Under the pieces are notes generated by a model. It worked only from the letters and a program-made list of their open reading frames with translations, was not told where the DNA came from and ran no database searches. This document shows positions 1 to 8,731 of a DNA stretch of 54,490 nt, piece by piece. Position numbers and translations under genes: made by a program. The stretch lies in the NCBI GenBank assembly GCA_964394935.1, contig CAYMZN010000004.1, positions 1 through 54,490 on the forward strand, written 5' to 3'. Each line of letters begins with the position of its first letter. The first letter of the stretch is position 1. The stretch comes from an uncultured Candidatus Bathyarchaeia archaeon. Lineage in GTDB: Archaea > Thermoproteota > Bathyarchaeia > 40CM-2-53-6.

Positions 1-1
1 A

Positions 2-202
2 GGGCAGAATCGCCACCTTACCGCAATGGGTCTGTTTCAAGGTTCAGAACTTTCGAAAGCCATCCCACTGCTGAATCCAGCAGGTGCGCTGCGGCGCATT
101 CTTGCCAATTTGAGGCACTTATTGCAACGCCCATCTTCTCCATGGCCACCTGAGCGAGTACAATATCTTGATAGCCGAGTCAGGACGATTCACGTTCATT
201 GA
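2..202 (+). CDS. possible 3' end of a CDS entering from upstream of the window (or a 59-aa ORF from the ATG at 26); function unknown
   Basis: Frame 2 is open from the window edge to a TGA at 200-202 (GQNRHLTAMGLFQGSELSKAIPLLNPAGALRRILANLRHLL...). I recognise no motif. Confidence 0.15.
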   Translation, partial: GQNRHLTAMGLFQGSELSKAIPLLNPAGALRRILANLRHLLQRPSSPWPPERVQYLDSRVRTIHVH

Positions 203-296
203 TTGGCCACAGAGTACCGAGTACCAGTGCCTATTCAAATGGCACTGGACTTCGTACGAGGAAGGAGGAATAGTCTCAACGCAATTCGCCGTTGAA

Positions 297-1139
297 CTAG
301 CCCTTATCCAGAAAACCAAACGCGGCAATCGCGGGGCTGACGGCAACTTCATCCAAGTCTCGAAGACTCATCACGACGCCTGATCTTTCAGAGCGGAAGC
401 CGAGCCGAGAGGCAGTCTCCAAAACTAGCTGATTTGATTCGGGAACCGACACTTCGAGCGGCCATTTTCTCGTTATGGCAATTGAGGATTGCAGAAGTGT
501 CTCGACATCCTCTTGATTCATATTTTTGCAGACTGAGGGGCCCATCTCTGAACTGTCCTGATATTGTTTGACAACCGAGTACGCCGAGACCTCGGATCCT
601 CGGAGAATCCAAGTCCAGCCTCCCGGAAACTCCTTGAGAATGCGTCTAAGCAGGCGACTTCTGTCGGCTCCAAACATTTCTCCGTCGAGCTTGAGAATCT
701 GGCGGAGGGGGACCTTTCTGCGGGAACCGGGCAGCCGACGAGTCTGGCGTGAGATTGACAGCCTGACGAAAGCACCGGTCTGCCTGAAGTTCAGTCGTTC
801 GTACATGGATTTGTTTTCCGGGTAAGAGTTTAGACCGATGCTCTTGACGTGTGAGCGCAGAAGATGTCTGATCGCCGATTCCACCAGACTGCTGGCTACC
901 CCTGTGCCTCGGTGATTCTTGTGGACCACCACGTTTCCGATCCAGCCGAGCTTCCTGCCGTACGATATGGTTGTGGCAAGCCCAATGGGCCGTCTGTCGA
1001 GCACCGCAATTGGGCAACCTTTCGGCTCAAGCGCGAGCATCCTCCTAAAGTCGCGGCTCGTAAATCCCCAGTGCTCTTGGTTTGTCAACCTAACGATGGA
1101 CCGGAAGTCCGCCGCCTTCATGGGTCGAATGCGCAGCAA
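297..1139 (-). CDS. GNAT family N-acetyltransferase
   Basis: 280-aa ORF. It has an acetyl-CoA binding motif-A-like segment, IGNVVVHKNHRGTGVASSLVESAIRHL (R-x-x-G-x-G/A). About 130 extra C-terminal residues have no recognised function. Confidence 0.75.
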   Translation of the reverse strand: MLRIRPMKAADFRSIVRLTNQEHWGFTSRDFRRMLALEPKGCPIAVLDRRPIGLATTISYGRKLGWIGNVVVHKNHRGTGVASSLVESAIRHLLRSHVKSIGLNSYPENKSMYERLNFRQTGAFVRLSISRQTRRLPGSRRKVPLRQILKLDGEMFGADRSRLLRRILKEFPGGWTWILRGSEVSAYSVVKQYQDSSEMGPSVCKNMNQEDVETLLQSSIAITRKWPLEVSVPESNQLVLETASRLGFRSERSGVVMSLRDLDEVAVSPAIAAFGFLDKG

Positions 1140-1158
1140 GAAACCGTCGCCGGCGCTA

Positions 1159-2463
1159 CTATGGGTAGATCCGGTTCATGAGCCGAGGAAACGCTGCGGC
1201 ATCACGGATGTGTTTGAGCTTGCAAATCCAAGCAACTGTCCGCTCGATGCCCATTCCGAATCCTGAATGGGGCACCGTGCCATATTTCCTAAGGTCAAGA
1301 TACCATGAATACTGCTCAGGGTTCAAGTGTTCCTCATCTATTCGTTTCATGAGTTGGTCATAGTCGTGAATGCGCTGTCCGCCGCCTGTTATTTCTCCAT
1401 AGCCTTCCGGTGCAAGCAAGTCGACTGAAAGAGTGACCTCCGGCCGCCTTGGGTCAGGCATGTGGTAGAACGCTTTGACCCCTTTTGGATAGTGCGTCAC
1501 GAAGAACGGCGTACTGAAGTTTGCCGTCAGAATCTTCTCTTGATTGTAACCTAGGTCCATACCCCAGTCAAAGGTCGAGTCACGGCTGTGGATCAGATCG
1601 ACGGCTCTGTCATAGGTAATCCTAGGGAAGCCCACTTGCAAACCGGCTAATCCCTTGGGGTCACGTCCGAGATCCCTTAGCTCATCAGAGGCTCGGGCTC
1701 CGATCTGATGGCAGACGTGAAGGACCAGTTCTTCCTCGACCTTGATTAGGCCATCTAGGTCGAGCCATGGTTCTTCCAGCTCTAGGTGCCAGTACTCGGT
1801 TAGGTGGCGCCTTGTCCTTGACTTCTCAGCACGGAAGGAGGGTGCTAGCGTGTAGATCTTTCCTAAGCTGGCTATCATAGCCTCAGCGTATAGCTGCCAG
1901 CTCTGCGTCAAGTATGCCTTCTGATCGAAGTACTTGACCTCAAATAGAGTTGAACCTCCCTCCACAGCCGCTGAGACGAGCATGGGAACCTGAACCTCCA
2001 AGTATCCGTGCTCTTTTAGCCACTGTCGTGCTTCTTCAATCAGCAGGGCCCTGACTCGAAGAATGGCCTGCATCTTCTTGCTACGAATCCAGAAGTGCCG
2101 GTTGTCAAGAAGGAATTCGGGCCCATGATACTTCTTGGCTATGGGAAAGTCTTCGTGAGAGCGCTGGAGCACCTGAAGGCTCGTGATTCGGAGTTCACAG
2201 CCACGTGGAGCTCGTGGGTCTCGCGTAACCTCGCCCTCGAGTTCCACCGTCGACTCAAGTGGGAGCGCCTCAATCTCCTTGAACCTCTCGTCGCCCAGTT
2301 GGTCTCGCTTTGCAGTGCACTGTAGAAGACCCGTGCCGTCTCGTATGATGAGGAATAGGATGCCTCCGCTCGATCGCCTGTTGTGCAACCATCCTCTCAG
2401 TTTCACTTGAGCTGAGTCCGCGCTTCCAACAAGGATTCTTCCAATTTGGACACTGTCTCTCAT
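1159..2463 (-). CDS. asnS: asparaginyl-tRNA synthetase (class IIb)
   Basis: 434 aa with an N-terminal OB-fold region. Motif 2 is FRAEKSRTRRHLTEYWHLE and motif 3 is GFGMGIERTVAWI. The FRAEKS..RRHL signature favours AsnRS over AspRS. Confidence 0.85.
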   Translation of the reverse strand: MRDSVQIGRILVGSADSAQVKLRGWLHNRRSSGGILFLIIRDGTGLLQCTAKRDQLGDERFKEIEALPLESTVELEGEVTRDPRAPRGCELRITSLQVLQRSHEDFPIAKKYHGPEFLLDNRHFWIRSKKMQAILRVRALLIEEARQWLKEHGYLEVQVPMLVSAAVEGGSTLFEVKYFDQKAYLTQSWQLYAEAMIASLGKIYTLAPSFRAEKSRTRRHLTEYWHLELEEPWLDLDGLIKVEEELVLHVCHQIGARASDELRDLGRDPKGLAGLQVGFPRITYDRAVDLIHSRDSTFDWGMDLGYNQEKILTANFSTPFFVTHYPKGVKAFYHMPDPRRPEVTLSVDLLAPEGYGEITGGGQRIHDYDQLMKRIDEEHLNPEQYSWYLDLRKYGTVPHSGFGMGIERTVAWICKLKHIRDAAAFPRLMNRIYP

Positions 2464-2800
2464 GCCAATGCATCTTCCCCGTGAAGTGAACAGGACTGCG
2501 GAGGTGGCGATACGAAAAGACTAGAACTACCCCAGGTTAAAGCGCTCACCCGTCATCGCGCGCACCGTGAGCTATCTGCCCTGCAGACGATATTTAAACG
2601 GTGATGTGCAGAAGCCTCCTCACCACGCAGTAGATCCTTTTATGGGCAATCCCCGGTGCTCTCCCCAACAGGTGGTCCAGTGTTCAGGATAAGGGTCGAG
2701 GATGACTTCGACGCTTGGCACATCATTCCCCGGCACCGAGGGAAAGGGAAACTTGCAATCTTCCGCTCGGCCATAAGTAAATCCGTCAGACAGACGCGCT

Positions 2801-3430
2801 TTGTTAATAGCCCGAGAACATAGACTTGGTAGTGTGCAAGTGGTTGTGTTGTCGAAACAAGAGGATCTCGATCTCAAGCATCTGGCCGAGATGAAAGCAT
2901 ACCTGGAGAAGAAGATCGCGGACTCGGAGCGAGAAAATGAGCGACTGAAATCATTTCTCGCGGTAGTCGACTCGCTCCTCGCGGAGAAGAGTTTCAAGCC
3001 CGTCAAGATCTCAGCGGAGGTCCAGGCGGCGGTCGCTCCAGAGAGGGCTGAAGCAGCGACGAAGCAGGTAAGCGAGGTCTGGCCGATAACCTCCCCTGAA
3101 GGCGTTCATCTTGCGGATCTCCAGATCACCGAGTCAGAGATCATGTTAGTTCCGGATCCGGCCATCAGGTACGAGGTGGCGTCACCTCCTCTGCGAGCGT
3201 TTCTTATTGCACGTGTTCTTGATCCCATGAATACGAAGGATCAAGAGGCAGCGCGCAATGGTCAGCTGAATCCCAACAATGTCTTGTCCTACGACGTTGA
3301 GGAGGACAGTGGCGTTCTGAAGGCCTTGCGTGTTCGAAATTACAGGGACCAAGGAAGGCTCATGGAGCTCAGGAATGCCATACGGTGGACCATCCGCCGA
3401 ATGTACGAAAAAACCCTGCAGACGCGATGA
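2801..3430 (+). CDS. hypothetical protein with an N-terminal coiled-coil segment; start codon uncertain
   Basis: 209-aa ORF from a TTG. It has a heptad-like stretch, KHLAEMKAYLEKKIADSERENERLKSFLAVVDSLL, and a protein-like C-terminal half. An alternative ATG lies at 2891. No family recognised. Confidence 0.5.
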   Translation: MLIAREHRLGSVQVVVLSKQEDLDLKHLAEMKAYLEKKIADSERENERLKSFLAVVDSLLAEKSFKPVKISAEVQAAVAPERAEAATKQVSEVWPITSPEGVHLADLQITESEIMLVPDPAIRYEVASPPLRAFLIARVLDPMNTKDQEAARNGQLNPNNVLSYDVEEDSGVLKALRVRNYRDQGRLMELRNAIRWTIRRMYEKTLQTR

Positions 3431-3690
3431 CCGCGCCCCGGGAGGATTTGGCTCCGCTACCCTAGGTGATTTCATCCTTTCTCATTTCTGAGAGTATCGT
3501 CATCGCCAGACTTGGAATCCACTCAGTCCCAGTTAAACTGTTTCGTTTCTTCGACTCATTGAGATGAGAACACTATAGCATCCCTCGGAATCTCACAGGG
3601 ACCCTAGGACAAATGAGTGGGATCCAAAAGACGAACGAGAACAGGTATTGCAACAAGGAATGGGTTGGCACCCAAGCGCTCAGTATTGCA

Positions 3691-4176
3691 TCACTTCGTC
3701 TCCGGGTTTTTCTGGATCACATCAACAGTAGGGCTAACCGGAATCGATCTAGTGCGCTCTAGGTATGCCTCCGCCTTGTGAAGAGTGTCTTTGGCATTCT
3801 TGTAAGTGAGGCGTTCGAGGGCTTGGCGGTATGGTAGCCACTCATACCCGACGTGTTCGCCTGATATCTTCACTTCCTCTTTTCCGGTTGCTTCGACTAG
3901 GTAAAATATGACTTCCTTGAAGACAGTCCTGCCGCGCCTCCTGTAAAAGTAGCTGACTCGTTCTCTGAAGTCACTTAGGAACCTGTGGTTCCTCAGTCCT
4001 GTTTCTTCAACTATCTCTCTACTGACCGTCTCCTGCTCGGATTCCTTTTTCTCCGCGTGACCCTTCACGAAGTCCCAATGTCCTGCTTCATAATGTAACA
4101 GTAGATACTCGGCGCCATTTCCGACCCCAAATATGACCGCGCCGCAGGACTTCTCGTGCTCCATTCGACTCCACAT
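3691..4176 (-). CDS. NUDIX hydrolase (Ap4A-hydrolase-like)
   Basis: Complete Nudix box GHAEKKESEQETVSREIVEETGL (G-x5-E-x7-REUxEExGU). HWDFVKGH resembles the asymmetric Ap4A hydrolase subgroup. Confidence 0.85.
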   Translation of the reverse strand: MWSRMEHEKSCGAVIFGVGNGAEYLLLHYEAGHWDFVKGHAEKKESEQETVSREIVEETGLRNHRFLSDFRERVSYFYRRRGRTVFKEVIFYLVEATGKEEVKISGEHVGYEWLPYRQALERLTYKNAKDTLHKAEAYLERTRSIPVSPTVDVIQKNPETK

Positions 4177-4262
4177 CCGGCGGAGAGTATCGACCTATTC
4201 GTATGTCACGAGGTGTCATTTGTGCTTTCAGCATACTCGTCGGCGCTTGCATGCGAACTGCT

Positions 4263-5207
4263 TCAAATGGCTTTCACGAGCAGAAATGATGTAGCCGCCC
4301 CCGCTATCGGCCCGATCGTCCAGCCGGCCAGTATTTGTTCTAAGAGTCTCCTGTTTGTGATCGCAATTCGCTTGACCGAGGCAGCCCCTTCCATCCCGCC
4401 GATTACCACCTGCGATATGGAAACAGGCAGTCCTAGCTGCGTGAAGAGGTGCACGGATACAGCACAGCCAAACTGAGCTGACAGCGCTGTTGACGGATTC
4501 AATCCCACCAGGTTTTCGGCGACGCTTCTCACAGTACCTCCACTGAGGAAGACTATGCCGAAGACCGTACATGCCGAGAACATCAGGGATAACAAGAGAT
4601 GGTCTGCAGGGGTCGTTGGAAACAGCCCCACCAGGAGACCAAGAGTATTTGCGCCGAGCGTATACGCCGCGTAGAATCCTGCGATGAGAGTAAGATTCGC
4701 GTAGAGGTGGTTCAGAGTCATTGTATCCTTGATCTTCCCTCCTAGCTGGAGCACCGTACTCTCGATCATCGCCGACCCAAGAAACGCCAGTGCCGGTGAC
4801 AAGATCCACGATGCTACGACTTGAATAGAATAGGCGTCACCCATTCGAAGTCCTGTGGCCAAGGCGATCCCCCACCCCGCACCGACGGTGACCTGAGATA
4901 GAGCAAGCGGAAGGCGGAACACAGTCACTATTGTCATGACGACTATGCTTCCGACGAGAATCATCAAGAGGCTAGAGGTTGACAGTGCCGGTAGAATCCC
5001 TCCGTCCACGACGGTGGAGAGCTTGTGTCCTTCGAGAAGCGTCCCTAGAAACACGCTTACTGAGGCTATCATTATCGCATCCGAAGGTTTGATGATCCTG
5101 GCGCCTAGGCTCGCTCCAAGGCACGTCGAGAAGTTGTTTCCTCCTAGTATTGCAGAAAGCATGACGGCCAGGGCTACTGCCGCATACAAGTAGAGATCCC
5201 CGGTCAA
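4263..5207 (-). CDS. PiT family inorganic phosphate transporter
   Basis: 314 aa and polytopic. It has the PHO4/PiT signature GGNNFSTCLGASLGA near the N-terminus, a repeated glycine-rich TM pattern, and a neighbouring DUF47 gene. Confidence 0.85.
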   Translation of the reverse strand: MTGDLYLYAAVALAVMLSAILGGNNFSTCLGASLGARIIKPSDAIMIASVSVFLGTLLEGHKLSTVVDGGILPALSTSSLLMILVGSIVVMTIVTVFRLPLALSQVTVGAGWGIALATGLRMGDAYSIQVVASWILSPALAFLGSAMIESTVLQLGGKIKDTMTLNHLYANLTLIAGFYAAYTLGANTLGLLVGLFPTTPADHLLLSLMFSACTVFGIVFLSGGTVRSVAENLVGLNPSTALSAQFGCAVSVHLFTQLGLPVSISQVVIGGMEGAASVKRIAITNRRLLEQILAGWTIGPIAGAATSFLLVKAI

Positions 5208-5267
5208 GAGTGCACCCGCCCTAAGGCTCTAGATCATAATGTAGGACCCGGGATTCGGTGTTCAGGC

Positions 5268-5441
5268 TCAGTCTGTTCGAAGCCACTGCGGATTTTTCTG
5301 GATCTCGCTTGTCTTACCCTTTGAGGCTGCAGCCTTGTTCAGCAAACCATGTCTCTCGCAGTAGTAGACAGGCTCGCTCACCCTTCTCGAATTTGAGCCG
5401 CTAAGTCTAGTCATTTCACGTCCGCAGAGAGGACACCGCAT
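5268..5441 (-). CDS. small zinc-ribbon protein (57 aa, below the ORF-track cutoff)
   Basis: Translated by hand: MRCPLCGREMTRLSGSNSRRVSEPVYYCERHGLLNKAAASKGKTSEIQKNPQWLRTD. It has a CPxC ... YYCxxH metal-knuckle pair and fills an otherwise empty 366-nt gap between the PiT and DUF47 genes. Confidence 0.35.
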   Translation of the reverse strand: MRCPLCGREMTRLSGSNSRRVSEPVYYCERHGLLNKAAASKGKTSEIQKNPQWLRTD

Positions 5442-5573
5442 GTAGGATCAACCTGGCTCTAGATCTGCTCAAGGACTGAGGTTCGGCTCGGCACAACTTT
5501 GCGGGAAGTAGGTTCATAGCTCTTTCTCTGAACGATTAGTGCTTGCACCGATAATGTGAATATTTGGCACATT

Positions 5574-6276
5574 TCACGAAACCGCTTTCACAACAATTGT
5601 TATCACGAGGTCCGAACAGTTCTCGGCAGCGTCCGCAACTTCATCGAGCTTGAAGATGAACTCTTTGAGCTGCAGATATGTGAGTACATCGATCTCCAGT
5701 CTGTGCTCGGAAAGCCTGGAGATCAGTTCTGCCCTGACCTGATCCACTGCCTCCTCTATTGTTTCCACTTCAAGTGACTTGTTCACGGCAACCTCGGCAT
5801 TAGTTCGAAGAGATTCCACCGACTCAGCTAGAGTTGCAACGCATGTGTCAATGCCGTCAACGAATTGCCGGACCGTCGAGTTGCCCTCATAGAGGTAGTC
5901 TAGAACTCGGCGTTCGATCGGGGCCTCGGCGATCACGCGGGCGGCGTCTTGGGAAGCGTCTGCGATCTCATCGACCTTCTCAAGCAGGTCCAGAAAGTCC
6001 TCCCTCATTCCAGCGAAGAATGCGCCTTGAGCGATCTGGATGACCGCCTCTCGGTGGATGTCATCCGCCATGCTCTCATATCTTGAGACGATCTCCGCTT
6101 GGTCTTTTTAGGACCCAGTTCATCTGCTCCAGCGAGCTGATCATCTGCTTAAGCTCTCTCGCACATCTCTGAACCATGGCGAGATGCTGCGTGATCAGGT
6201 CAAGAACTCTCTTCTCTCTCTTGCCGCCTAGTCGGAAATCTCTGCCAAGGCGTGAGGCCCAAAAAGAACGTGTCAA
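5574..6276 (-). pseudogene. DUF47/TIGR00153 (PhoU-like phosphate-transport regulator) gene interrupted by a frameshift
   Basis: ORFs 6276..6076 and 6071..5574 lie in different frames. Deleting one A of the A5 run (plus-strand T run 6105-6109) gives one continuous protein of about 233 aa, ...VLKDQAEIVSRYESMADDIHREAV.... This has the DUF47 helical pattern and sits next to a PiT gene. Confidence 0.7.
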
Positions 6277-6398
6277 TTTTTCCCCTCGAGTCCATGCCCC
6301 CGCACGGACGACGGTCTGTACGGGAGAAGATCGAGAAAGCTCAGATCAGCTCTTCAGAAGATAGTCGGATCCTAGCAAAAGAGTTTACGAGAGGCGGG

Positions 6399-7736
6399 CT
6401 AGACCCAGCCTCTCAGCTTCATCGCTTCGGCAACTCGTTGCACCGAGAGCATGTAGGCCGCCATGCGCATGTTCACCTTATGTTTGATATGCATGTCATA
6501 TACGTCGTTGAACGCCTTCGTCATCATCTTGTCCAATCGATCGTGGATCTCCTCAACCGGCCAGTAGAGGCCGTATATGTTCTGGACCCACTCGAAGTAG
6601 GAAACCGTCACGCCGCCTGCGTTGCATAGAAAGTCCGGGATGTCGAAAACTTTGTTCTTGTGCAGGATTTCGTCAGCATCGGGCGTCGTGGGGCCATTTG
6701 CAACTTCAGCCACCATCCTCGTCTTGATGCGGGATGCATTCTTTCCCGTTATGACGTTCTCAAGCGCTGCTGGAACCAAGATTTCGCATGGTTCCTCAAG
6801 CAAAGCTTCGTTTGTGACCGCTTTGCCACCGGCGAACCCAACCACACTACTCGTCTTCTGCTTGTGTTGAAGGACAGCGCGCGGATCGAGTCCATTCTCA
6901 TTGAGAATGCCTCCTTTCGAGTCGCTCACTGCGATGATTCGTGCTCCCATTTCTTCTAGGAGTATGGCCGCAAATGATCCAGCATTTCCGTAGCCTTGGA
7001 TTGCAGCTGTGGCGCCTCTGAGGGGGATGCCGAGCTTCTTTGTCGCCTCACGTATCGTGTATACTGCTCCACGGGCCGTGGCGTCGCCCCTTCCTTGGGA
7101 TCCGCCCAGAGGTATTGGCTTGCCAGTTATCACGCCAGGGGCGTTGTGCCCTCTGATCTTGGCATATTCATCCATCATCCATGCCATGATCTGTGGGTCT
7201 GTATAGACATCGGGTGCTGGGATGTCGAGTTCGGGTCCTATGATCGCTCCTATGGCGTCTATGTACGCTCGGCTGAGCCTCTCCAGTTCTCCGCGGGACA
7301 TCTGCTTCGGATCGCAGATGACTCCTCCCTTTCCTCCGCCCAGAGGTACTCCCACGCAAGCGGTCTTCCAGGTCATCCATGCCGCGAGAGCCTTGACGGT
7401 GTCAAGGGTCTCCTGCGGATGGAATCGGATTCCTCCCTTGCATGGGCCACGAGCATCGTTGTATTGAACTCTGAAACCCTTGAAGGTCTTAACCTGCCCG
7501 TTATCCATTCTTACTGGAAACGTGACCTCTAGCACACGCTTGGGTTCTCTCAGCAGGCTGTGAACGGCAGGATCCAAATTCAGTAGCTTCGCAGCCATGT
7601 CAAGCTGCTCTTGCGCTATCTTGAACGGATTCAGCTCCTCCGTCAACGTTGGACCATCCTGTTTCGCTGAATTCGGAAGGGGCCTCTTAAATTCATCCGT
7701 TTTTCCCCATCCGCTAGACGCTGCAGCTTTCGTCAA
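6399..7736 (-). CDS. gdhA: glutamate dehydrogenase (Glu/Leu/Phe/Val dehydrogenase family)
   Basis: 445 aa. The catalytic-lysine region is [15 protein letters not shown] and the Rossmann region is [13 protein letters not shown]. The architecture is typical of hexameric GDH. Confidence 0.9.
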   Translation of the reverse strand: MTKAAASSGWGKTDEFKRPLPNSAKQDGPTLTEELNPFKIAQEQLDMAAKLLNLDPAVHSLLREPKRVLEVTFPVRMDNGQVKTFKGFRVQYNDARGPCKGGIRFHPQETLDTVKALAAWMTWKTACVGVPLGGGKGGVICDPKQMSRGELERLSRAYIDAIGAIIGPELDIPAPDVYTDPQIMAWMMDEYAKIRGHNAPGVITGKPIPLGGSQGRGDATARGAVYTIREATKKLGIPLRGATAAIQGYGNAGSFAAILLEEMGARIIAVSDSKGGILNENGLDPRAVLQHKQKTSSVVGFAGGKAVTNEALLEEPCEILVPAALENVITGKNASRIKTRMVAEVANGPTTPDADEILHKNKVFDIPDFLCNAGGVTVSYFEWVQNIYGLYWPVEEIHDRLDKMMTKAFNDVYDMHIKHKVNMRMAAYMLSVQRVAEAMKLRGWV

Positions 7737-7763
7737 TCCAACAAGAACCGCAAGAAGAATGTG

Positions 7764-8630
7764 CTATAGGCTGGAGAACCGATCGAGGGTCACTCTTTCC
7801 TCTGTTGTCGAAGCGAGGCTTCCTTCGATGTGATCTTGTATCCTCTTGAGCGTCGCTTCATGCTTTTCGTCCGCTAGTCCAAGCATCTTCATCATCTGAA
7901 TACAGTTCTCGGGTGCATATCCGCGAAAGTGGTTGTTGAAGATGCCCAAGGTTCGCTTTGTGTTGGCACATATTTCCTCAACTTTGGGCAACCACTCGGT
8001 GAGTTGATCGTGCGTGTAACGGTAGTCATACCACAGTCGCTCCCCTCTGCCGTGCCATCGGATGTATCCAATGTCGGAGGTTACGTGGACCTCGGATGGT
8101 AGTAGGGGTTCATCGACAATACAGTAGGCGACCTTGTACTTGCTTAAGGTTGTCCATGTCCTCGGTTCCAACCAAGACGGGTGCCTGAACTCCATGGAGT
8201 AGTTGTATCTTCTCGGTAGCGCGGCCAGGAATTCTTCAAGCAGATCGTCTTTTCGCTTGAGCGACGGAGGCAGTTGTATCAGCATGCATGCCAACTTGTC
8301 TTGGGCTAGCAGGGGATCAAATAGTTCACAGAATGAATCGAGTTCAGTTTGAGCGCTTTCGTCAAGCTTCAGGCGAAGTTCGTGTGTGAACCGCTTGTTC
8401 ATCTTTGCGCTAAAGAGGAAGCCTCGCGGTGTATATCGCGTCATCCCGAGTATTGTTCCTTTGTCAGGAAACTTGTAGAAAGACGAGTCTATTTCTACGG
8501 TATCGAAGATCGAGGAGTATTGCTGGAGCATGCTCTTGTCCGGGTCGTATAGGGGGCCAACCCATTCCTTGTACGACCAGCCGGCGCATCCCAGTCGAAT
8601 GGGTGCAATTGACCGCGTGGCTTCATTCAA
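7764..8630 (-). CDS. DUF72 (UPF0759/YecE-like) protein
   Basis: 288 aa. The N-terminal IRLGCAGWSYKEWVGPLYD and later FEFRHPSW-like segment (MEFRHPSW) are characteristic of DUF72. Confidence 0.8.
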   Translation of the reverse strand: MNEATRSIAPIRLGCAGWSYKEWVGPLYDPDKSMLQQYSSIFDTVEIDSSFYKFPDKGTILGMTRYTPRGFLFSAKMNKRFTHELRLKLDESAQTELDSFCELFDPLLAQDKLACMLIQLPPSLKRKDDLLEEFLAALPRRYNYSMEFRHPSWLEPRTWTTLSKYKVAYCIVDEPLLPSEVHVTSDIGYIRWHGRGERLWYDYRYTHDQLTEWLPKVEEICANTKRTLGIFNNHFRGYAPENCIQMMKMLGLADEKHEATLKRIQDHIEGSLASTTEERVTLDRFSSL

Positions 8631-8731
8631 GAAGCGCTTCGACCCCTATTGTGTTCTCGCGTTGATTGTCGTCCCTGCCTTTTGCGGATTTCGGGCAACC
8701 CTTAAAGGACGTCGGCGGCAGCTTCTCTCAA

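Noticed and set aside
2590-2599. ATATTTAAAC TATA-like element
   Set aside because: It is about 130 nt from the asnS start and about 200 nt from the nearest plus-strand start, so no transcription unit can be assigned with confidence.
2620-3006. 128-aa minus-strand ORF overlapping the start of the 2801-3430 gene
   Set aside because: Its upstream two thirds are antisense to the coiled-coil-encoding frame and are Ser/Arg-rich. The non-overlapping tail has no start codon of its own apart from a GTG that would give only 38 aa.
4228-4809. 193-aa ORF in an alternative frame within the PiT gene
   Set aside because: It is on the same strand as the transporter but out of frame. The PiT frame gives coherent TM helices and the GGNNFS signature; this one does not.
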